64,000 nucleotides of DNA from contig JBOEGF010000004.1 of the NCBI GenBank assembly GCA_050633305.1, positions 384,140 to 448,139 on the forward strand. The letters are read 5' to 3'. The DNA comes from Nannocystales bacterium (GTDB lineage: Bacteria; Myxococcota_A; Polyangia; Nannocystales; Nannocystaceae). This document shows, one piece after another, positions 46,751-55,689 of this stretch. Below the pieces are notes generated by a model. That model did not search any database. It worked only from the letters and a program-made list of their open reading frames with translations, and was not told where the DNA came from. How positions within the stretch are numbered: position 1 is the stretch's first letter; each line of letters opens with the position of its first letter. The position numbers and the translations under genes are program-made.

Positions 46751-48589
46751 TCACTTGCCGAACGGGTCTTTGAGGTCGCCGGAGATGTCGTTGCCCTTCT
46801 TCTTCTTTTTCTTCGCAGAAGCGGGCGGTTTCTCGGGCGGGTGCGACGTGGGCTCGGGCTTGGTCGGGGTCTCGGAGACCGCCGTGGTGCCCTTCTTCTT
46901 GGACCCTTTGGTGCGGCCCTTCTTGCGTCGCTTCGGCGGCGTCACGACCGGCACCGCGGAGGTGGCCTTGGACAAGGTGACCTCGACTTTTTTGTCCTTG
47001 TCGGGGATGACGTCCGTCAAGAAGTCCTCGTAGCCCTCGGCACGGACGTAGACATCGAACGACTCGCTCGACAACGGCATGGAGATCGGTTCGTTGGTCT
47101 TGCCGAGCGTGCTGTCGTCGCGGTTGTCGTAGACGGTGCCCTCAACCCCCGGGGTGCTGACGGTGATGCTCACCGTGGTGGCGCCAAGCGGCGGAGGAGT
47201 CCCGCTGTCGGGGTCTGCGCCGAGCGAGTCGGCCCCCGCCGCCGCACTGTCGTTGGCGTCGCCGGCACTGGGGTCCTTGGGATTCCCGGAGTCAGGAGGA
47301 GCCCCGGCAGACTCGCCTGCCGACACCGCCACGACCGTGTCGGGCTGCGGGGCGTCGGTCCCATCGGCTCCATCGTCACCAGCCATCTTCGAGGCTGCAA
47401 ACGCGGCACCGCCCAACAGCAGCGCGGCGACCAGACCAATGCCGACGTACATGCCGGTCTTGGAACCTACGGGTTCCTCGTCGTCATAGACGTCGCTGAC
47501 AGGGCGATTCTTGAAAGAGGTCTCGCCGCCCGCGGGTAAGGCGACGACCTCGTCGACGACACTCACCGCCGCCGAGCCACTGCCGACCTTGTCGATGGCG
47601 GCGCCCATCTCTTCCATGGACTGGAAGCGATACTCACGGTCCTTCTGCAGCGCCTTGAGGATGATCGCCTCGACCTGCTCCGGAACATCGATCGACGGCG
47701 CCACGGTGCTCGGCGCCGCAGGGGGCTCGAACATGTGCTTGGTCAGGATGCCCATGAAGGTGTCCGCGGTGAACGGCACCCTTCCGGTGAGCAACTCGTA
47801 CAGGATGATTCCGAGCGCGTAGACGTCGACACGGTGGTCGACCTTCTCGCCCTTGGCCTGCTCGGGCGACATGTACTCGGGCGTCCCGAAGATCATCCCG
47901 GTACGGGTGAGGTTCTTGCCTCCCCCCTCGCCTTCGTCGCTGGTGACCTTCGCGATGCCGAAGTCGAGAACCTTGATGAAGTCCGAGTTGCTGCCTCGCT
48001 TGATACGAAAGCAGTTGTCCGGCTTCATGTCGCGGTGAACGATGCCCGCCTCGTGCGCGCACTTCAGCGCTTCCACGATTTGAAGCATGATCGGCTTCAC
48101 CCGTGCCCAGGGCAGCGGGCCGGTGTTCTTGATGGTGTCGGAGAGGTCCTCGCCGTTGAGGAACTCCATGACGAAGAAGACCGAACCGCCCGGCGTCGAG
48201 CCGAAGTCGGTGATCTCGACCACGTTCTCCTGGTCGATCATCGAGGCCGCGCGCGCCTCTTGCAAGAATCGGTCGACGAGGTCCTGTTTATGCGAGAACT
48301 CCGGACTGAGGACCTTGATCGCCAGCCGCTTGTTGATCGTGGTGTGCTCGGCGAGATAGACGGTCCCCATCCCGCCCTCTCCCAGCTTCTTCACGACGCG
48401 ATAGCGGTCGGCCAACACGGTGTCGACCAGGTCGACGCTCACCGCGCTCGAAGGGGAGGCAGCCACCGCGGCAGGCGCTCCTGGAGGGGGCGTCCCGATC
48501 GGCGGGGGCGCAGACGGGCTGTGACCTGCGATCATCGTGGCGCCCCCGGTCGGGGGCCCGCCATCGGGCTTTTTCGGTGCGTTGGACAC
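46751..48589 (-). CDS. Membrane Ser/Thr protein kinase with PEGA-like domain
   Basis: LGEGGMGTVY, LAIK, HRDMKPDN, DFG, GTPEYMSPE; TM; VRAEGYE; ends GDLKDPFGK. Confidence 0.94.
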   Translation of the reverse strand: MSNAPKKPDGGPPTGGATMIAGHSPSAPPPIGTPPPGAPAAVAASPSSAVSVDLVDTVLADRYRVVKKLGEGGMGTVYLAEHTTINKRLAIKVLSPEFSHKQDLVDRFLQEARAASMIDQENVVEITDFGSTPGGSVFFVMEFLNGEDLSDTIKNTGPLPWARVKPIMLQIVEALKCAHEAGIVHRDMKPDNCFRIKRGSNSDFIKVLDFGIAKVTSDEGEGGGKNLTRTGMIFGTPEYMSPEQAKGEKVDHRVDVYALGIILYELLTGRVPFTADTFMGILTKHMFEPPAAPSTVAPSIDVPEQVEAIILKALQKDREYRFQSMEEMGAAIDKVGSGSAAVSVVDEVVALPAGGETSFKNRPVSDVYDDEEPVGSKTGMYVGIGLVAALLLGGAAFAASKMAGDDGADGTDAPQPDTVVAVSAGESAGAPPDSGNPKDPSAGDANDSAAAGADSLGADPDSGTPPPLGATTVSITVSTPGVEGTVYDNRDDSTLGKTNEPISMPLSSESFDVYVRAEGYEDFLTDVIPDKDKKVEVTLSKATSAVPVVTPPKRRKKGRTKGSKKKGTTAVSETPTKPEPTSHPPEKPPASAKKKKKKGNDISGDLKDPFGK

Positions 48590-48622
48590 GGGAAGCGTCG
48601 AAATCGAATCGTAGCCTACTTT

Positions 48623-50383
48623 TTACCCGAAGGGGTTTCGTAGGTCGCCGTCATGCGTGGGCTTGGCCGGCGGGGGGGGAGGCTTGGGTGGCTCCGCAGG
48701 CTTGGACGTGCTCGCGGGCTTCGGGGTCTCATCGGTGCCCGTGGCTTTCTTCTCGCGCGGTTTGCTCGGCTTGCGCGGGTCGGAGCCAGGACGGCGGGGG
48801 GAACGCTTCCGCGCTGTGTGCGGTTTGCCCTCGGGATCGGCCGTTTGTGGTGGAGTCTCGCCGGGGATCTCCGCCGTTGCGGTGCTTGAATCTGGCTTGT
48901 CCGGTCCACCTTCGGGAAGAACGGACGCGCCACCGGGGGGGGTCTGTTCAACCCCCTCGCTTTTGCCTCCAGGGGAGGCTTTTTGCACCTGGAGGGCGGC
49001 TGCGTCCTCGGGGTCTTCGGGAACCGGCGCCGCGACGATTTCGATCTCGGCTTCGGCCGCGGCCTCGGCCTCGGCCTCATCCCTTGAGGTCGAAGCGGGC
49101 GCATGTCGCTGGAAGCCTCCGGACATCGAGTACGCGCCGATCGTTCCCGCGGAAACGAGCAGCGCCGTCGCGGCCACGACCCATGGCACCGGGCTTCCGC
49201 GGGTCGGCACGCGAGCGGCAAACTCGAGGTCTGAGGTGTCGGCCGGCGGCACCGCGGACGGAGGAGGTTCGGCGGGCTGCGCCGAGCTCTGCGTCTCGGG
49301 GTTCCACGGCATCTGGCCATCCGCCCAGGGCTTGGTGGGCGGAGGCGGCAGAGATGGTGTTTGGACGATCCCCCCGGAGCCGATGTTGAGCGTCGACTTG
49401 ACGACCCGCTCCGCGGTCTCTTGGCCGAGATCGGCCGCAAACGCCTGCTGGAGCAAGACCGCAACCTCCGCGGCGTTGCCAGGACGGTCGGCGCGGACCT
49501 TGGCCATGAGCCGCTCGATCAGGGCCTGTGTTTGCACGAGCCCGGCGAGGTCGGGGTTGACCAACGTCATCTTCGGGGTCGGACCATGGAGCTGACTCTG
49601 CATGGTGACCGCGACGTCATCCGAGCGATACGGGACGGCGGCGGTGAGCAGCTCGAACAGGATGATGCCGAGCGCGTAAAGATCGGCCCCCGCGTCCACG
49701 GAGTCGCCGCGGACCTGCTCGGGAGACATGTACTCTGGAGTGCCGAGCACCGCCCCCGCGACGGTGATCCGGTTTCCCGCTCGGGCGACGCCAAAGTCGA
49801 TCAGCTTCACCACCGGCTCCTTCCCGTTCTTCGGATCGCAGATGAAGATGTTCTGTGGTTTGAGGTCGCGGTGGACGACGCCCGTCTCGTGGGAATGGTC
49901 GAGCCCTTGGCAAATCTGGAGCGCCACGCCCAGGGCGGTCTCTGCCGAGAACGCCCCCTTCGAGTCGATCGCCTCGGCCAGGGTTTGGCCGCGCAGCAGC
50001 TCCATCACGCAAAATGCCCCGCCGTCGGGCGTCTCACCGTAGTCGCTGATGTCGACCACGTTGGGGTGCTTGATGCTCGAGACAATCTGCGCCTCGCGAA
50101 GGAAACGACGAATGACCTCTTCGTCGTTTCGGAGTTCGTGGCGGACCACCTTGGCAGCCAGCGACTTGCCGATCATCGTGTGCGTGATCTTGTAGACGTG
50201 GGCCATGCCGCCCTCGCCGATCAACGCGTCGATGCGGTAGCGTCGGTCGAGGACATCTCCGATCCGGGACTCACCGTCCTTCACCGGCTCAGCAGTGGTC
50301 GCAGGAGCCAGCGAAGTACCGTCCATGGGACAGAAACCCTCCGCAACGGGGTAGGTCCTGCCGCATTCACGGCACATCAGCAT
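48623..50383 (-). CDS. Membrane Ser/Thr protein kinase with N-terminal zinc-ribbon-like segment
   Basis: CRECG...FCPMDG; IGEGGMAHVY, HRDLKPQN, DFG, GTPEYMSPE; TM; ends GDLRNPFG. Confidence 0.93.
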   Translation of the reverse strand: MLMCRECGRTYPVAEGFCPMDGTSLAPATTAEPVKDGESRIGDVLDRRYRIDALIGEGGMAHVYKITHTMIGKSLAAKVVRHELRNDEEVIRRFLREAQIVSSIKHPNVVDISDYGETPDGGAFCVMELLRGQTLAEAIDSKGAFSAETALGVALQICQGLDHSHETGVVHRDLKPQNIFICDPKNGKEPVVKLIDFGVARAGNRITVAGAVLGTPEYMSPEQVRGDSVDAGADLYALGIILFELLTAAVPYRSDDVAVTMQSQLHGPTPKMTLVNPDLAGLVQTQALIERLMAKVRADRPGNAAEVAVLLQQAFAADLGQETAERVVKSTLNIGSGGIVQTPSLPPPPTKPWADGQMPWNPETQSSAQPAEPPPSAVPPADTSDLEFAARVPTRGSPVPWVVAATALLVSAGTIGAYSMSGGFQRHAPASTSRDEAEAEAAAEAEIEIVAAPVPEDPEDAAALQVQKASPGGKSEGVEQTPPGGASVLPEGGPDKPDSSTATAEIPGETPPQTADPEGKPHTARKRSPRRPGSDPRKPSKPREKKATGTDETPKPASTSKPAEPPKPPPPPAKPTHDGDLRNPFG

Positions 50384-50518
50384 CGAACCGGTAGCGTAGC
50401 AGGAGCCGCCCCTGCCCGCTCATCTTCGAGAGCATTCGGAAAGCGCGCAGACGTCGCGTACGGTTCCGCGCTGACAGAGACGCTTTCGAGCGTCGTACAC
50501 TCTGCGCCGCTCCGATCC

Positions 50519-52081
50519 ATGCAACGAGACACTCCGAGTCCCTCGCGCGCCCTCGTCCTCGGACGAACGATCACCCTTCGCGATGTCCACGAGGTTGCGA
50601 CACGCGCGGCCGAGGTGACGCTCGATCCCGAGATCCGCTCCCACCTCAAGGCGTCTCGCGCCCAGCTCCTCGCGGATGTCGAATCGGGGCAAGTGATCTA
50701 CGGGGTCAACACCGGGTTCGGGGCGCTCAGCGGAAAAACCGTCCCCGCGCACCAGCTCGAAGATCTGCAGCGCAACCTCCTCCGCAGTCACGCCTGCGGC
50801 GTCGGGCCGCTGCTCTCCCCACAGGTGGTGCGAACGCTGCTTGCGCTTCGTGCCCACACGCTCGCGCTGGGTGCCTCGGGCGCGTCCCCCGAAGTCGTGG
50901 ACGGCATCCTCAATCTGCTCTCGCACGAGGTGCTCCCGGCCGTCCCCGAACAAGGCAGCGTCGGTGCAAGCGGCGACCTCGCGCCCTTGGCCCACCTCGC
51001 CTTGCCGCTGATCGGTGAGGGGCACGTGTTGGACCATGCGGGCACCCGTCGTCCCGCCGCCGAGGCGCTCTCGGAGGCAGAGTTGGCCCCTGTGCCGCTG
51101 GGCGCCAAGGAAGGTCTGTGTCTGATCAACGGCACGCAGGTCACCACCGCGATCGGGGCTCTCGCCACCTGGACCGCAGGGTACTTGGTGGCCACAGCCG
51201 ATGTGGTGGGGGCGTTGAGCCTGGACGCCGGACTCAACACGGACGCGGCCTTCGACCCTCGCATCCACGCCGGGAAGCCCCACCCTGGCCAGATCGAGAC
51301 CGCCACGGTGGTCCGGGAATTGGTCCAGGAGTCCGCGCTGCGGAGCTCGCACAGCGAGTGCGGCGAGGTCCAAGACGCGTACTGTTTCCGTTGCATGCCG
51401 CAGGTCCACGGCGCCGTGCGTTCCGCCGTGCGTTACGTCGCCGACGCGCTGTCGATCGAACTCAACAGCTTCACGGACAACCCGCTGCTCTTGCGTCGCG
51501 ACGATGGTGGCTACGACGTCGTCAGCGGCGGGAACTTCCACGCCGGCTCGGTTGCGGTCCCCCTGGACCACCTCACGGCCGCCATCACGACGCTCGCGAC
51601 GATCAGCGAGCGCCGAACCGACCGGTTCATGTCTCCGACGACCTCGCGAGGCGTCCCCGCGTTTCTCGCCGACGATCCTGGGGTCGAGAGCGGGTTCATG
51701 CTCGCGCACGTCACGGCCGCCGCCCTGGCCAGTGAATGCAAGGCGCTGAGTTTCCCGGCGAGCGTCGATACGATTCCCACCTCAGCGGGGAAGGAAGACC
51801 ACGTCAGCATGGGCCCCAACGCAGCCCGGAAGCTGGCCAAAGCGGTCGAGAATGTGTCGGCGGTGTTGGCGATCGAAGCGATGGCCGCGGCCCGCGTGCT
51901 CGATCTCCGAGCGGCGCAGACGTCCGACCGCCTCAGCGCGGTGCACAAGAAAATCCGCGAATACGTGCCGCCGCATGCGGGCGACCGCGTACTCGCGGAC
52001 GATATCGAAGCGCTCGCGGGTGCCATCCGCCGCGGCGAACTGCTCGAGGCGGCAGGCGTTCCGTCGCCCATCAGCGTCTGA
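50519..52081 (+). CDS. hutH: Histidine ammonia-lyase
   Basis: YGVNTGFG, LQRNLLRSHACGVG, GSVGASGDLAPLAH (MIO), KEGLCLINGT, QDAYCFRCMPQVHG, SGGNFH, EDHVSMG. Confidence 0.94.
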   Translation: MQRDTPSPSRALVLGRTITLRDVHEVATRAAEVTLDPEIRSHLKASRAQLLADVESGQVIYGVNTGFGALSGKTVPAHQLEDLQRNLLRSHACGVGPLLSPQVVRTLLALRAHTLALGASGASPEVVDGILNLLSHEVLPAVPEQGSVGASGDLAPLAHLALPLIGEGHVLDHAGTRRPAAEALSEAELAPVPLGAKEGLCLINGTQVTTAIGALATWTAGYLVATADVVGALSLDAGLNTDAAFDPRIHAGKPHPGQIETATVVRELVQESALRSSHSECGEVQDAYCFRCMPQVHGAVRSAVRYVADALSIELNSFTDNPLLLRRDDGGYDVVSGGNFHAGSVAVPLDHLTAAITTLATISERRTDRFMSPTTSRGVPAFLADDPGVESGFMLAHVTAAALASECKALSFPASVDTIPTSAGKEDHVSMGPNAARKLAKAVENVSAVLAIEAMAAARVLDLRAAQTSDRLSAVHKKIREYVPPHAGDRVLADDIEALAGAIRRGELLEAAGVPSPISV

Positions 52082-52117
52082 ACACCGCCGCGCCGCCACC
52101 GAGGGGACGGGCGAACC

Positions 52118-52531
52118 TCAGGGGGTGATCATATCGTTGAAGTCGGTCGTCAGTTGGTCGACGGCCGTCTTGAGCTCGGGGTCCTTGATGGACTCCGTCA
52201 TCAACGTGATCTGCAAGCCTTGGACCTCGATCACCGATTGCGCAAGGCTGCTGGTCATCTCGGCGGACACGTCCTCGCTCACTTGAAAGCCGCGGAGCTC
52301 GCCCAGCTCGGCCATTTTTGCACCGAGGTCGGCTTTCTTCGCATCGAGAAGCTTCTGAGCGTCTGCGACGCCCTTCTTCTTGTCGTCGGCATCGTTGACG
52401 GCCTTGACCATCTCGTCGGCAAGCGCGTCGATCTCGCTGGTCGTCTCCTTGACCATGTCGTCCTTCTTGCAGGCGGGTGCTGCGACGAGGAAGCTGAGAA
52501 GGAGTCCAGCAGCGAACAGTTTGCGTGGCAT
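52118..52531 (-). CDS. Helical lipoprotein, hypothetical
   Basis: MPRKLFAAGLLLSFLVAAPAC-KKDD signal; amphipathic helices. Confidence 0.7.
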   Translation of the reverse strand: MPRKLFAAGLLLSFLVAAPACKKDDMVKETTSEIDALADEMVKAVNDADDKKKGVADAQKLLDAKKADLGAKMAELGELRGFQVSEDVSAEMTSSLAQSVIEVQGLQITLMTESIKDPELKTAVDQLTTDFNDMITP

Positions 52532-52577
52532 GAACCCCAAGACGCCCTGTTCCGGCGCGAGTTGCAAGCGAAATCGC

Positions 52578-55484
52578 TCAGAACGACTGATTGAACAGGA
52601 CGTTGATGTTGAACGGAGGGAGCAGCGCGTCTGCGCTCTCCAACCCTTGGCGCTCGGCCAAGAAGTTCGGAAGCACCTGTTCGAGGCATCTGGTGCCCGT
52701 TCTCCGGATCAGGGGCACACTGGCCTCGACCTTGAGCAGCTGCGGGGTGACGCCGAGAATCGAGAGTCGGGCCGTGAGCGCGTAGCCCACATGCGCGTAC
52801 CAGCTTTCTGCGCCAAACCAGCCACCGTAGTTCTCGCACCGACTCGTCGTGGCAGCGCCTACAAATGCCACCCCGCCGAGACTCCGCCCATAGAGCACGT
52901 GCGCGAGGTTGCTGTGCATGTTGCGGAGAACCTGGTGACGGTACTCGGCCTGAAGCGCCACTTGCCCCAGTCCGAAGGCCTCGTCCGCCGCATAGCCACC
53001 CAAGCCGCCGATGCCGCCCACCCGGGTGAGCGAGCGAAACTCGGGATCTCCGACCAGCGGGACCACGATCTCTCCGCGCAGCGATGTCGCGAGCACATGG
53101 TCGTGTGCGAGTGGCCACAAGTGCACCCAAGCGGCATCGGCCGCGAGGTCGAAGCGGTTGTCGCTCTGTCCTTCGTGGTCGCGTAGCGTCTGCCGAGCCA
53201 TGACGCCCAGGCTCAGCGCCCGACCGCGTTCGGGCCACCACGCGAACCGCCGGGTGTCGTGAATGACCGAGACGCGCTCCGTGATCCGAGCGCCGCCAGC
53301 GGGGTCGAGCGAGCCGTCCGACAACCACCCGCCCGTCATGAAGAGCCGTACGCGGCCGCGACGACGTTGGGGGTTGGCCTTCTTCCCCCACCACAGGTTG
53401 ACACCGCTGCCGACGGCGATGATCGACTCCCGGTCCCGTGCGACGAGCACGTGCCCGGTCCGCCGGAGGTCTCGGCGAAGGCTCGCCTCGAAGGCCGCGA
53501 ACCCTGCAATCGCGTTGAAGCTGGCCGCGGGGGTGTTCGCATTGACGAACTCCGACGCAGCGACACTCAGCCCGGCCCCGGTGTAGAGGAACCGGAACTG
53601 GGGCGCGTCCCGGTCGTTGAACGCCGGATCGACGTTGTCCGGCTTCAACGGGGTTTGAACGAGACGCTTCCGCGGGTCGAGGCGGACCGCGTCGAGCTTG
53701 CCCTTCGTCTTCACGACGAAGGTGTGGCTGCCCTCGAGAGGTTCGTCGCCCAGGGTCCGAGCGTGCGAAGCTTGGCCGTTCCACACCAGGTACTCGGCGC
53801 CGCCGTCCTTGTCGGTCACCAGGACCTGCACCGGTTCAACGACCGGCTGGGCGGAGAGCTTGTGGATCGTGATGGTGTGCTCCCACCCCCCCGAGGTCCG
53901 CTTGGAGACGACGTCGCCGACCCAGTAGTCGACATCGGGGTACTCACCGAGCCATTGGTCGAAGAACCAGTCCAGCGCATGGCCGTAGACCCCCTCGGCC
54001 AATGCCTGCGGGTCCGAGGAGAGGTCGCGCAAGAGCGCATCGTAGAAGGCCCCTACCCGCTTGGCTCCCAAGGTGTCGGTCAGCTTGCCGTGGAGACGAC
54101 GACCCGTGGGGAGTGCGTGGGAGAACCACAAGGGGTGGTTGCGAAGCGGCGGGGCGTCTTCGACCCCGCGGAAGTACGTCTGCGAGAACGAGGCCTGCTG
54201 GGTGTAGAGGAATCGGTCGACCGCCGGAACGAAGGTCAAGTTGCGCAGAATGTCCCCTGCGAACTCGTCCGCATGTTCCTTCCTGGCGCGCCACAGGTCG
54301 AGCAGCGCCAGGGCGACCGAACCGCTCAACCAGAGGTCCGTCGAGGCGTCGTGCTCCCCGACGAACATGCCCATCGAGAACACGTCCGCCCAGCCGCGCG
54401 CGAGCGCTTCAATGTGGAACTTCTCGAACCGCCCCGAGGGGAACAACTCCAACGCCTGGTCGCTCACCACCAGCGTGGCGGGGTGGGCCTGCGTCACCTC
54501 GGAGCGCAGAGGTCCGACCACAGCCACGACCCGTTCACCCGCCGGAACGGGTCGTGCCGCGGTCAACAACGCGACCATGTCCTCGGCCGTCGATGCCACG
54601 TGTCCGGGCAAGTCCCGCCACAGTTGCAAGCGTGTCTCCGCCGGGGTTCGACCGCTGGGACGGGGGCGGCGGTGAAACACGTCGATCTCAACCCCGTCGC
54701 GGACGGAGCGGGTTCGGTGCCACTGCGGCGCCCAGAACACCGACGGGTACGCGATCGGCTCACCACGGCTCGCAGAGATGACGACGCGGTCGGGGGGAGG
54801 CTCGCCGACCGAGCCGACGCTGATCGCGGGCCGTGCCGGACGAGAACCGAGGCGAACATCCTCGATTCTCCAGCGGACCGGTGCGATCACACGGCCTTCT
54901 GCGGGGAGATAACGCCCTCCCAGTGCCGGGGCCGAGGGCAGCGGCGCGACGGCGCCGCTGAGGCTGCAGGTTCTCCGAACGCATCCAAAAGGCCACGGGC
55001 GCGACGGAACCGTGACCACATACTCCAGCGTCACCTCCTGCACGCCTGGCCGCAGCAAGACCACCACGTCGCGGCGAGTCCCCCGGCGCTTCACCGAGAT
55101 GGCGCCCTCATTCGCAACGACGTCCAGGACTCCGGCGTCGAACGGACCGTTGACGTACCCGGCCACGGCGGCCTCGTCGAGTTCGACCGGGTCCTCGCGC
55201 AGGAACGACGCGAAATCCAACAGGACCAGTTCCTGCCCCGCCACCGCGGGCGCACTCAAGCGGTACGTCGCGCGGCCGCGTACGAAGCCCTGCTTTCGCG
55301 GCACCCGGGTGCCGTCGGCCCGACGCTCGCCCCCTTCGAAGATCCGGAGGGACACGTCCACCGCGTCCACCGAAGCCGGCGCGGGGGCTGCAGCTGCGGT
55401 GGCACTCCACAGCGCGACGACGCAGGCAAAGGTCCAAAGTAAAGCCCGCGCGCACAACCGGTGGCGCAAGGAAGGCAAGCTCAT
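52578..55484 (-). CDS. Outer-membrane protein: degenerate M1-aminopeptidase-like N-region plus Omp85/BamA-TamA-like C-terminal barrel
   Basis: Signal peptide; HALDWFFDQWL, VRLDPRKRL; barrel features DTRRFAWWPERG, VGGIGGLGGY, LQAEYR, terminal NINVLFNQSF. Confidence 0.7.
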   Translation of the reverse strand: MSLPSLRHRLCARALLWTFACVVALWSATAAAAPAPASVDAVDVSLRIFEGGERRADGTRVPRKQGFVRGRATYRLSAPAVAGQELVLLDFASFLREDPVELDEAAVAGYVNGPFDAGVLDVVANEGAISVKRRGTRRDVVVLLRPGVQEVTLEYVVTVPSRPWPFGCVRRTCSLSGAVAPLPSAPALGGRYLPAEGRVIAPVRWRIEDVRLGSRPARPAISVGSVGEPPPDRVVISASRGEPIAYPSVFWAPQWHRTRSVRDGVEIDVFHRRPRPSGRTPAETRLQLWRDLPGHVASTAEDMVALLTAARPVPAGERVVAVVGPLRSEVTQAHPATLVVSDQALELFPSGRFEKFHIEALARGWADVFSMGMFVGEHDASTDLWLSGSVALALLDLWRARKEHADEFAGDILRNLTFVPAVDRFLYTQQASFSQTYFRGVEDAPPLRNHPLWFSHALPTGRRLHGKLTDTLGAKRVGAFYDALLRDLSSDPQALAEGVYGHALDWFFDQWLGEYPDVDYWVGDVVSKRTSGGWEHTITIHKLSAQPVVEPVQVLVTDKDGGAEYLVWNGQASHARTLGDEPLEGSHTFVVKTKGKLDAVRLDPRKRLVQTPLKPDNVDPAFNDRDAPQFRFLYTGAGLSVAASEFVNANTPAASFNAIAGFAAFEASLRRDLRRTGHVLVARDRESIIAVGSGVNLWWGKKANPQRRRGRVRLFMTGGWLSDGSLDPAGGARITERVSVIHDTRRFAWWPERGRALSLGVMARQTLRDHEGQSDNRFDLAADAAWVHLWPLAHDHVLATSLRGEIVVPLVGDPEFRSLTRVGGIGGLGGYAADEAFGLGQVALQAEYRHQVLRNMHSNLAHVLYGRSLGGVAFVGAATTSRCENYGGWFGAESWYAHVGYALTARLSILGVTPQLLKVEASVPLIRRTGTRCLEQVLPNFLAERQGLESADALLPPFNINVLFNQSF

Positions 55485-55689
55485 GTGCAAACGTCCCAAG
55501 GGGCGTGCTGCCTATCTTGCACCAACGAGGCCTCGACGTTCAGGGTGCAAGCGCCGTCACTGCACACCTGAAGAGAGATGAGTCCCGGGTCGACGACGAA
55601 TCCGTGAAAGAAATTCGCTCGCACCCGCGGGGCCATTTTCTGAGCACGTTAGGTTTGACAGCCCCCCTTGCACACGGGACTCTCCGGGT

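Noticed and set aside
49361..50518. Long N-terminal extension on HutH, and other long overlapping ORFs (25025..27259, 53259..55442, 55540..58269, 22038..23801)
   Set aside because: Antisense or off-frame shadows expected in high-GC DNA; the opposite frames hold recognisable genes.
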